DNA of 64,000 nt, taken from NCBI GenBank assembly GCA_965218975.1, contig OZ244717.1:896001-960000 (forward strand), in the 5' to 3' direction. The notes beneath the pieces are model-generated. The model was not told where the DNA came from, did not search any database, and saw only the letters and a program-made list of their open reading frames with translations. Below are positions 29,864-41,200 of this stretch, piece by piece. Positions within the stretch are counted from its first letter, which is position 1. Each line of letters opens with the position of its first letter. The translations under genes and the position numbers were made by a program. The DNA comes from Candidatus Oxydemutatoraceae bacterium (GTDB lineage Bacteria; Pseudomonadota; Gammaproteobacteria; Poriferisulfidales; Oxydemutatoraceae).

Positions 29864-30859
29864 ATGTATGTGGTAACAGGAGCGGGAGGATTCATCGGTA
29901 GGAATACTGTGCTTGAGATGAACAGGCTAGGCATGCCTGCGCCTCTCGTTGTTGACGAACCTACCGGCATGAGTCAGTTGGAAAACTTAGAAGGCTTGAT
30001 TGTCGCAGGCTACTTAGGGAAAGAAGAATTCCTTGATCGGCTGGAAAACGACAGGAAATTTTCTGAGAAAATTAAAGTCATTTTTCATGAAGGCGCTTGC
30101 TCGTCAACTATTGAACAAGATATGGAATATTTGATGCGAGTTAACTTTCATTTTACCGTCAAGCTGCTTCAATTGTGCTCCGAGTTTTATATCGTCGTGC
30201 AGTACGCATCCAGTGCGGGTGTGTATGGTGCGAACCATGTTTCGCGCGAACTTCCGAAGAACGAGGAACCGCTCACCGCCTATGCCCAAAGCAAGTTGAT
30301 GATTGATCTGTTTCTTCGCGAAGCGATACGCCGCGCTCAAGGCAGACCCCTGATGCCGGCAACCGCATTGCGTTATTTCAATGTTTATGGAATGGGTGAG
30401 TGGCATAAAGGTTGTATGCGCAGTGTGCCGCTGGTATTCTACGAACAACTGTTGAAAACCGGTAAAATCAAAGTGTTTGGTGAATATGGCGGATACGAGC
30501 CGGGCGAGCACCGTCGTGATTTCATTTTCATTGAGGATTTGATCAAGTTGAAATTTTGGTGTTTGAGAAACTGTTTTCAACCGGTTATCTTAAATGCAGG
30601 TACCGGTATGAACTGGTCGTTTAATGACGTCGCCAAGGCGGTAATTGATTTTCATGGAAGCGGAGAAATTGAATACATTCCATTTCCCGAACACCTTAAA
30701 AACTCTTATCAGTGTTACACGAAAGCGAATTTGGAAGCATTGCATGCCGCCGGATATAAAGAGAAATTTACACCGATTGACGAAGGGGTTAAGAAATATC
30801 TGACTCAAATCAAGAAGTCGGGACGGCTGGAGTCGTCTTTTACCTGCGCTAACAAATAA
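29864..30859 (+). CDS. hldD: ADP-L-glycero-D-manno-heptose-6-epimerase
   Basis: VTGAGGFIG, FHEGACSST, YASSA.VYG, YxxSK, RYFNVYG..E.HKG.M.S, RDFI, EYIPFPEHLK..YQ.YT.A. Confidence 0.92.
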   Translation: MYVVTGAGGFIGRNTVLEMNRLGMPAPLVVDEPTGMSQLENLEGLIVAGYLGKEEFLDRLENDRKFSEKIKVIFHEGACSSTIEQDMEYLMRVNFHFTVKLLQLCSEFYIVVQYASSAGVYGANHVSRELPKNEEPLTAYAQSKLMIDLFLREAIRRAQGRPLMPATALRYFNVYGMGEWHKGCMRSVPLVFYEQLLKTGKIKVFGEYGGYEPGEHRRDFIFIEDLIKLKFWCLRNCFQPVILNAGTGMNWSFNDVAKAVIDFHGSGEIEYIPFPEHLKNSYQCYTKANLEALHAAGYKEKFTPIDEGVKKYLTQIKKSGRLESSFTCANK

Positions 30860-30947
30860 CCGCAATCGGGCGGATAGGAGTGATGAGGGGAGGAACTTCG
30901 CAGGTGCATAAGCTCAGAAACATTTGGCACTCCTGCCGACCGGAGCA

Positions 30948-30986
30948 GAAGCCTTGCAAAAATCCCATTTAGGGTGGCATCGTACA
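30948..30986 (-). repeat. Inverted copy of the 39-bp end at 15978-16016
   Basis: gaagccttgcaaaaatcccatttagggtggcatcgtaca. Confidence 0.8.
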
Positions 30987-31031
30987 CCGGGTTGCTAAAA
31001 TCGGGTATAGTTGGGATACTATACATAGCTG

Positions 31032-31066
31032 TTGACAACTGTTATCTGTTAACTATATAGTTAACA
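31032..31066 (+). promoter_or_regulatory. Candidate sigma70 promoter overlapped by a perfect 20-bp palindrome (operator)
   Basis: TTGACA 31032-31037, 18-bp spacer, TATAGT 31056-31061; palindrome tgttaactatatagttaaca at 31047-31066. Confidence 0.65.
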
Positions 31067-31319
31067 AAACTAAATTAAATAACGTGTCCGGATTATTTGC
31101 GCGGCGCGTGCGGTCAAAGCTGAACGGCAGAGTCAGCAGCGTATGTATAATTACTGTGAGGTAGAGATTCAAGGGATGGTTAAAGAGCGCTTAAATGATG
31201 CAACAGTGATAGTGTGTATGAATATCATGAACTATATTTTGCAAAGTGAATGTGGGCACGGTGGGTGATATGGGCCTTACATGTACGAAAACAGAATGTA
31301 ATGACAACTTAAAATCACG

Positions 31320-32189
31320 ATGGTGAAAAACACGTTGCTCTTCCTCGTATTGTTCCTACTGGTGTTTGCCGAAGCAGCAAGCGCGCAAATGACGACTTTT
31401 CTTGTAGAGGACCAGATTGTGCCGGCATCGTCGCGAGATGCCGGTTGGACTCTAGGAGACTTTGACGTACAGCCGCCTATTCGCCCGTATGCGGATCAAG
31501 TGGTTCCTAACGGTGCCGGAATGATTCATCCGGAATTAGCCGATTTGGATGGGGATGGCCCCGAAACAATCGGTGTGGTAGATTGGGTGGAAGTTCAAGT
31601 GCGAGTTGTGCCGCGGGATGCGGATGATCCTCCTCTGGCGAGAAGGGGCCCGACCGTAGTGCATACCAGAGCCTTAGCTAAGGCAGGCTTGCTTCTAAGC
31701 AACGGCTGGATTATCGATGCGGATACTGATTTAAACGCCCTTGATTTGAATGACCTCCACAACGCTGTGCTGACATTTGACGAAGCGTTTGATATGGAAA
31801 GAGAGAAGATATACATTGCTGTCGCGCATCGCAATCATCTGGCGGTTATGTCTTCAAGGAGTCTCGGTGCGGAAGATATAAGCGATGGCGGCACGATTAC
31901 TTATGATTTCTCATCGAGCGCCGAACAGACATTCGGTGGTTTGGGGTCCACCGGCACTGGCGGTGCGACAAAATTCGCAACGAATGCCGGTGTGTTCATG
32001 ATGGCGGTCGGCAACTTGGATGGTAATCGGACGGTTAATATTGCCGATGTAACAGCGCTACGAGAAAGATTAACTCTCGGAGTAGGCCCGTATGATGCTG
32101 CCAACCTTGATTTTAATCGTGCGGTGAACCTAGGCGATGATACGTTAGGGCAGGCAAGTATAGGTTTTTCAACACAGATATTTTATTGA
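31320..32189 (+). CDS. Secreted protein with HRNHL-type domain and dockerin-like Ca-binding loops
   Basis: Sec signal (..AEAASA/Q); VDWV.V.VR, GLLL.NG.I.D, YIAV.HRNHL.VMS, YDFS; two EF-loop-like repeats GNLDGNRTVNIAD and ANLDFNRAVNLGD. Confidence 0.8.
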   Translation: MVKNTLLFLVLFLLVFAEAASAQMTTFLVEDQIVPASSRDAGWTLGDFDVQPPIRPYADQVVPNGAGMIHPELADLDGDGPETIGVVDWVEVQVRVVPRDADDPPLARRGPTVVHTRALAKAGLLLSNGWIIDADTDLNALDLNDLHNAVLTFDEAFDMEREKIYIAVAHRNHLAVMSSRSLGAEDISDGGTITYDFSSSAEQTFGGLGSTGTGGATKFATNAGVFMMAVGNLDGNRTVNIADVTALRERLTLGVGPYDAANLDFNRAVNLGDDTLGQASIGFSTQIFY

Positions 32190-32234
32190 TCAATTTATGA
32201 ATGGCTGTGATTTCTTTAACTTGCAACAAGACAA

Positions 32235-35200
32235 ATGCGGATGTTCGGTAACATTAGCAGTGTAGTCAAAGTTTTTAGCGTGGCGGCATTCATCGCTATA
32301 GCGCCTGCTTTGGAAGCGCAATTTACTCCTCAAGATTCTCCCGGTGATACGGACCCGACATTTTTATCGCAGATGGTAGGGACGCGAGACAATCAAGATT
32401 GCTCAGCGGAGGAAGGGATACAATGTCGTTACGGGATGGATGTACGCTTTGGCAATGTCCGGGTGGAAGCAGGGCTTTTTCGGTTTGAGATTCAGCTCAG
32501 AGCGCAGAGGGCAGCAGACGGCGAGCCTAATGGCACGCTTCCTGTCAGTGCGACAGCGCTAGGCAATGTTCTAAATTCCTCACAAATGTATATCCGCTAT
32601 AAGTTGATCCATAGCAGCGAGGCATCTGTTTGGGGAGAGAACGCCGCCGCTGTCAGCCCTACCAACAACCCTACAGGCGCATGCCGCGCAGCGCTCGGTG
32701 CGGACCTAGGCGCCACCCTAACGAACGATAATTCTCAGTTCCTGACAGCGTTTTATAGCTTCCGGGTTTATGGTAATGAGGAGTTTGAGGAGAACTTGAT
32801 GACGCTTGGAAACGCGTCCATATATTCAAGCTTGGGTCCGAATTCCCCCTTAGTGTCAGGGCTAGCGGGGTATTTTATATTGGATGACGAAGCCTATAAA
32901 ACAGTCATGAATGTCGGTTGTGCGATTTCACCCGAGGTGGTGGCAGCGGGTCGTCGGGCAGAGATGACGTTTCATTCCTTTGGCTTCAACGTTGCGTCTC
33001 AACTATGGGATATGAACAGATTCTCTAGGTATGCAGTGCGTGCAGTCAATAATCTGGAGTATGTTCCGCTCGATGGGGTTTCCGCTTATATTGAACATGC
33101 CCGCTTGGCGGATACCAACCGGCACGCGTTGATTCGATTTAACACCGATTTACCGGACGAAGATGTCGTCACAACGACTGCGTCTTATACGGTAGCACGT
33201 TTCTTTGACGGTTCCGCACCGGCGGTTTCATTTGCCGCTGAAAATGTTCTCAAACTGGACGCGAGGACCGTATGGGTAACATTTCCGGAGACGTTCGCAA
33301 CAGCTGTCAGCGACTCGTTTTTGGAAAATGTGTTGCTGCGGGCGACCTTCACCGGACAGGACAGCTACATCGCCGCGGTTTACGGGAATGAAGCGCTGTA
33401 CCGTGTCGGAGTTTTGTATGGAAACGAAGCCTCCGGCTCTCAATTTACTCCGCCAAGAATTGCTCAAGCGACTATTAGTGAGGATAACCGGACGGTTGAG
33501 CTTGTTTTTTCGGTGCCCGTGTCGAGCAATGCGCAAGGGGATGAGATACTGGTGCCGGAAGACTTTGAGGTTGTTTTTTACCCGGGCATTTCTGCGAGGT
33601 CAAGCAGCATTGTCGAAGTAACTCAAGTGGAGGAGGTTGATCCGAGCAGGTATAGATTGACACTAGATATCGAGGGTGCGGATCTTGGCGAAATCACCGG
33701 AGACGAATACTTGCTGATTAAAGGCGCTGAAAGGAGTGAAACAGAATTTTACATCAGCACTGCGACAATTTTTAATCGGGAGCGTGTGCACAGAGACTTA
33801 ACTGAAGTACAGGTGGATGTGGCTGCTCTAGGTGTGGGAATGGCGACAGGCGATTATGGTGTCGGCATGCGCGACTTGCCAGGCAATGCGCTGCTACAAA
33901 TGCGCCGGTCGAGTGTTGACATCAACGTGGCACCGGTATTCAGCGATGCGGAAAGTTTTGAGGTCAACGAAGGGCAGACGGTAGTGGGCACGGTGACGGC
34001 TGAGGATGCGAACATAGAAGACGAGGCAATGTATTTGATTACCGACGGTGCGGATCAAGCTCAGTTCACAATTGACCCGTCTTCGGGCGAGTTGAGATTC
34101 ACAACCGCACCGGACTTTGAGAATCCGGCGGATGAGGGTGCGAATAACGTTTATATGCTCATCGTGACGGCGACCGGCGGCACGGACGCTCGGGCATTGA
34201 CAACAACGCAAGCGATTACGGTGACGGTGCTGGATGTGTCGACGACGGTCACGATTACGGCGGCGGAGCCGACGGTAACGGAAGGCGAGCCGGCGGTATT
34301 CGTGTTTGAGCGGACCGACGCGACGGATGCATCGACATTGACGGTGAACATTACGGTAGACGATTCCGGCGGAGTGCTTGCGGATGCGGAGCCTGATACG
34401 ATTACTTTTGACGCCGATTCTGCAACAGCGGCGCTTAACCTTGCCACCATTGATGATGCGTTTGACGAAGACGACAGCACGGTGACGGTTACCGTTGTCG
34501 CCGGTATAGTTTATGCGGTCGGCACTGAGAATAGCGCCGAGGTGCGAGTGGTCGACAACGATGATGCACCGGAGTTGGTTTTGTCTCAGACCACCGTTGA
34601 AGAAGGGGCTGAGATTACTATCTCTATAGATAACAGGAGGAACCAGTCGGTATTAGCGGTCACGTTCGAGTTTGACGGCACGGCGATGCCTGAGAACGAC
34701 TATATAGTAACGACGCTCGGAGGTTCACCGCTGTTGTCACCGTATAATGTGACTATTGAGATTTCTGCGCGGAACCGAGTTGCTGTACTAAGAATAAGGA
34801 CGGTAGACGACCAAGTGGACGAGGCAGATGAGACGATTGAGATAACCGCGCGGCATGAGGGCGGCATAATCGGCGAGGAAACGATTATGGTCATCGACAA
34901 CGATGCGCCGCCGGAGTTGGATTTGTCGGTGAGCGCGGTAATGATTGATGAAGGCGAATCGGTCGATATTACGCTAGAGATCACGAATGAATCGGTATAT
35001 GCCGAGAATCAAACGATCGCGTTAGAGTTTACCGGCAATGCGACGACTACTGCCGACTATACGGTTGACGGCTTGCTGCTACAGCTGCCGTCGTATGAGT
35101 TGACTTTACCGGCGGGAGAATCTGCGGCAAGCGCAACGATCATGGCGCTGATAGACGCCATGACGGCTGAGGGAGATGAGACTATTATGATTACCGCTCG

Positions 35201-38200
35201 GCATGAAGGCGAAATGATCGGCGACAAGGCAACAATCATGATCATTGATAACACGGCGCCGGTATTCAGTGATCCGGTAAGTTTTGCGGTCAACGAAGGG
35301 CAGACGACAGTGGGCATGGTGACGGCTGCGGATGCGAACACGGAAGACGAGGTGACGTATTCGGTTACCGGCGGTGCGGATGAGACCTTGTTCGCCATTG
35401 ACGACCCGTCTTTGGGCGAGTTGAGTTTCGTCACTGCACCGGACTTTGAGAATCCGGTGGATGCGGGTGAAGACAACAACTACATGCTCATCGTGACGGC
35501 GACTGGCGGCACGGACGCTCGGGAATTGACGACGACAGAAGCGATTACAGTGATGGTGCTTGATGTGGATGAGTCGACGGTAACGATCACAGCGGACAAG
35601 GCGTCGGTGACGGAAGGCGAGCAGGCGATGTTCACGCTTGAGCGGACTGCGCCGACGGATGTGGAATTATTGGTGAGAATCACGGTAGGGGACCCCGGCG
35701 GAGTGCTTGCAGCAGCGGCGCCTGAAATGGTTACTTTTGACGCCGGTTCTACAACAGCGGCGCTCAGTCTTGCCACCATTGATGATATGATTGACGAAGC
35801 CGACAGCACACTGACGGTTACCGTTGTCGCCGGTATAGTTCATGAGGTCGGTATTGAGAATAGCGCTGAGGTGCGGGTGATTGACGTCAACGTGGCACCG
35901 GTATTCAGTGATGCGGTAAGTTTTGAGGTCAACGAAGAGCAGACGATAGTGGGCACGGTGACGGCTGCGGATGCGAACACGGAAGACGAGGTGACGTATT
36001 CGGTTACCGGCGGTGCGGATGAGACCTTGTTCGCCATTGACGACCCGTCTTCGGGCGAGTTGAGATTCACAACCGCACCGGACTATGAGAATCCGATGGA
36101 TGCGGATACGGATAACGTTTATACGCTCACCGTGACGGCGACCGGCGGCACGGACGCTCGGGCATTGACAACAACGCAAGCGATTACGGTGACGGTGCTG
36201 GATGTGCCGACTACAATTACAATTACAGCGGACGAGGCAGAGGTCACAGAAGGCGAACCGGCGATGTTTACACTCAGCCGGACAGACGCGACGGATGCGC
36301 CGGCATTGACAGTGAACATTACGGCAGTTGAGATCGGCGAAGTGCTTGCGGATGCGGCGCCTAGTACGGTGACTTTTGACGCCGGTTCTGCGACAGCGGA
36401 GCTCAGTCTTGCTACCGTCATTGATGAGATGATTGGCGACAGAACGGTGACGGTTACCGTGAACGCCGGTGTGGGTTATGCGGTCGGTAGTGAGAATAGC
36501 GCCGAGGTGCGGGTGATCGACATCAACGTGGCGCCGGTATTCAGCAGTTCGGAAAGTTTTGCGGTCAACGAAGGGCAGACGATAGTGGGCACGGTGACGG
36601 CTGCGGATGCAAACACGGAAGACGAGGTGACGTCGTATTCGGTTACCGGCGGTGCGGATGGTGCCTTGTTTACCTTCGCCGACCCATCTTTGGGCGAGTT
36701 GAGTTTCGTCACTGCACCGGACTATGAGAATCCGACGGATGCAGATACGGATAACGTTTATACGCTCACCGTGACGGCAATCGGCGGCACGGACGCTCGG
36801 GCGTTGACGGCGACGCAAGCGATTACGGTGACGGTGCTTGATGTGCCTATGACGATCACGATTACGGCAGACGATACAGAGGTCACGGAAGGCGAACCGG
36901 CGATGTTTACACTCAGCCGGACCGACGCGACGGATGCACCGGTATTGGCGGTAAACATTACGGCAGTTGAGGTCGGCGAAGTGCTTGCGACTGCAGCGCC
37001 TAGTACGGTTACTTTTGCTGCCGATTCTGCGACAACGATGCTCAGCCTTGCCACCGTCATTGATGATACGTTCGGCGTCAGAACGGTGACGGTTACCGTG
37101 AACGCCGGTGTGGGTTATGAGGTCGGTATTGAGAATAGTGCTGAGGTGCGAGTGGTTGACGTCAACGTGGCGCCGGTATTCAGCAGTTCGGAAAGTTTTG
37201 CGGTCAACGAGGGGCAGACGGTAGTCGGCACGGTGACGGCTGCGGATGCGAATCCGGGAGACGAGGTAACGTATTCGATTACCGGCGGTGCGGATGAGAC
37301 CTTGTTCGCCATTGACGACCCGTCTTCGGGCGAGTTGAGATTCACAACCGCACCGGACTTTGAGAGTCCGGCGGATGCGGATACGAACAACAACTACATG
37401 CTCATCGTGACGGCAATCGGCGGCACGGACGCTCGGGCGTTGACAACAACGCAAGAGATTGAGGTGACGGTGCTGGATGTGCCGACTACAATTACGATTA
37501 CGGCGGACGAGGCAGAGGTCACAGAAGGCGAACCGGCGATGTTTACACTCAGTCGGACCGACGCGACGGATGCGCCGGCATTGACAGTGAACATTACGGT
37601 AGATGCGACCGTCGGAGTGCTTGCGACTGCGGCGCCTAGTACGGTGACTTTCGACGCCGGTTCTGCGACAACGGAGTTTAGTCTTGCCACTGTCATTGAT
37701 GAAATGATTGGCGACAGAACGGTGACGGTTACCGTGAACGCCGGTGTGGGTTATGCGGTCGGGATTGAGAATAGCGCTGAGGTGCGGGTGATTGACATCA
37801 ATGTGGCGCCGGTATTCAGTGATGCGGTAAGTTTTGCGGTCAACGAAGGGCAGACGATAGTGGGCACGGTGACGGCTGCGGATGCAAACACGGAAGACGA
37901 GGTGACGTCGTATTCGGTTACCGGCGGTGCGGATGGTGCCTTGTTTACCTTCGCCGACCCATCTTTGGGCGAGTTGAGTTTCGTCACTGCACCGGACTAT
38001 GAGAATCCGACGGATGCAGATACGGATAACGTTTATACGCTCACCGTGACGGCAATCGGCGGCACGGACGCTCGGGCGTTGACGGCGACGCAAGCGATTA
38101 CGGTGACGGTGCTTGATGTGCCTATGACGGTCACGATTACGGCAGACGATACAGAGGTCACGGAAGGCGAGCTGGCGGTGTTCACGTTCAGCCGGACCGA

Positions 38201-41200
38201 CGCGACGGATGCACCGGTATTGGCGGTAAACATTACGGCAGTTGAGGTCGGTGAAGTGCTTGCGACTGCAGCGCCTAGTACGGTTACTTTTGCTGCCGAT
38301 TCTGCGACAACGATGCTCAGCCTTGCCACCGTCATTGATGATACGTTCGGCGTCAGAACGATGACGGTTACCGTGAACGCCGGTGTGGGTTATGAGGTCG
38401 GTATTGAGAATAGCGCCGAGGTGCGAGTGGTTGACGTCAACGTGGCGCCGGTATTCAGCAGTTCGGAAAGTTTTGCGGTCAACGAAGAGCAGACGATAGT
38501 AGGCACGGTGACGGCTGCGGATGCAAACACGGAAGACGAGGTGACGTCGTATTCGGTTACCGGCGGTGCGGATGGTGCCTTGTTTACCTTCGCCGACCCA
38601 TCTTCGGGCGAGTTGAGTTTTGCCACTGCACCGGACTTTGAGAATCCGGCGGATGCGGATACGAACAACAACTACATGCTCATCGTGACGGCGACCGGCG
38701 GCACGGACGCTCGGGCGTTGACAACAACGCAAGAGATTGAGGTGACGGTGCTGGATGTGCCGACTACAATTACGATTACGGCGGACGAGGCAGAGGTCAC
38801 AGAAGGCGAACCGGCGATGTTTACACTCAGCCGGACAGACGCGACGGATGCGCCGGCATTGGCGGTAAACATTACGGTAGATGTGACCGTCGGAGTGCTT
38901 GCGGATGCGGCGCCTAGTACAGTGACTTTCGACACCGGTTCTGCGACAACGATGCTCAGCCTTGCCACCGTCATTGATGATACGTTCGGCGTCAGAACGG
39001 TGACGGTTACCGTGAACGTCGGTGTGGGTTATGAGGTCGGTATTGAGAATAGCGCCGAGGTGCGGGTTGTCGACGATGATCTGCTGCCGGACTTGGTTTT
39101 GTCGGTGAGCGCGACCACCATTGATGAAGGGGCATCAGCCGATATTACAATAGAGATCAAGAACGATTCGGTATTTACCGAAGATCAAACGATCACGTTA
39201 GAGTTTGACGGCGATGCGACGCCTGAGGAGGACTATGCGGTATTGGTTGAGAATTTACCGCTGTCGCCACCGTATGAGTTGATTTTGCCGGCGGGGGCAT
39301 CTGCGACAGTCGCAACGATAATGGCGAAGGCAGCCGACATGACGGATGAGGGGGATGAGACAATTATGATTACCGCCCGGCATGGTGGCGACACGATCGG
39401 CGAAGAGACGATCACGATCATTGATAACGTGGCGCCGGTATTCATCAGTGCGGCAAGTTTCGAGGTCAACGAGGGGCAGACGCTAGTCGGCACGGTAGTG
39501 GCTGAGGATGCCAATAGCCTAGACGATGTTCTGTACGTGGTTCAATCTAATGACTCTAATGACTCGTCGCCGGATAGCGCTCTGTTTTCAATCCTCTCGC
39601 TCACAGGCGTACTGAGATTCGAGACGGCGCCGGATTTTGAGGCTCCGGCAGATGCGGATATGAACAACGAATACATAATTACTATTTTGGCGTCCGATTT
39701 CAATGGGAGCCTAAGCAATCAAGGGTTAACGGCACGCCAAAGAGTTACCGTTATGGTGCGTAATGTGGTTGAGTCGACGGTAACGGTTACAGCGAACCAG
39801 GCGTCGGTGACGGAAGGCGAGTCGGCGATGTTCACGTTGGCTCGGACCGTGCCGACGGATACGGAATTAATGGTGAAGATTACGGTAGATGATCCCGGCG
39901 GAGCGCTTGCAACTGTAGCGCCTGAAATGGTTACTTTTGATGCCGGTTCTACGACAGCGGCACTCAGTCTTGTTACTATTGATGATGCGTTTGACGAAGC
40001 CGACAGCACACTGACGGTTACCGTTGTCGCCGGTATAGTTCATGAGGTCGGTATTGAGAATAGCGCTGAGGTGCGGGTAGTTGACGATGATCTGCTGCCG
40101 GAGTTGGTTTTGTTGGTGAGCGCGACCACCATTGATGAAGGGGCATCAGCCGATATTACAATAGAGATCAAGAACGATTCGGTATTTACCGAAGATCAAA
40201 CGATCACGTTAGAGTTTGACGGCGATGCGACGCCTGAGGAGGACTATGCGGTATTGGTTGAGAATTTACCGCTGTCGCCACCGTATGAGTTGATTTTGCC
40301 GGCGGGGGCATCTGCGACAGTCGCAACGATAATGGCGAAGGCAGCCGACATGACGGATGAGGGGGATGAGACAATTATGATTACCGCCCGGCATGGTGGC
40401 GACACGATCGGCGAAGAGACGATCACGATCATTGATAACGTGGCGCCGGTATTCATCAGTGCGGCAAGTTTCGAGGTCAACGAGGGGCAGACGCTAGTCG
40501 GCACGGTAGTGGCTGAGGATGCCAATAGCATAGACGATGATATCGCGTATGGAATTTTTGTTAATCCCTCGTATCTGGATAGCATTCTGTTTCCAATTTT
40601 AATCCACCAGTTCACAGGCGTACTGAGATTCGAGACGGCGCCGGACTTTGAGGCTCCGGCAGGTGCGGATATGAACAATGAGTACGTGTATGCTATTACG
40701 GCGAACAGTAGCAGAGGCACCGGTCGAGCGTTAACGACATTCCAAACGATTACCGTTATGGTGCGTAATGTGGTTGAGTCGACGGTAACGGTTACAGCGA
40801 ACCAGGCGTCGGTGACGGAAGGCGAGCCGGCGATGTTCACGTTGGCTCGGACCGTGCCGACGGATACGGAATTAATGGTGAAGATTACGGTAGATGATCC
40901 CGGCGGAGCGCTTGCAACTGTAGCGCCTGAAATGGTTACTTTTGATGCCGGTTCTACGACAGCGGCACTCAGTCTTGTTACTATTGATGATGCGTTTGAC
41001 GAAGCCGACAGCACGCTGACGGTTACCGTTGTCGCCGGTATAGTTCATGAGGTCGGTATTGAGAATAGCGCCGAGGTGCGGGTTGTCGACGATGATCTGC
41101 TGCCGGACTTGGTTTTGTCGGTGAGCGCGACCACCATTGATGAAGGGGCATCAGCCGATATTACAATAGAGATCAAGAACGATTCGGTATTTACCGAAGA

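Noticed and set aside
33228-33663. Short ORFs listed in the track at 33.2-33.7 kb
   Set aside because: They lie out of frame or antisense within the unique head of the giant CDS
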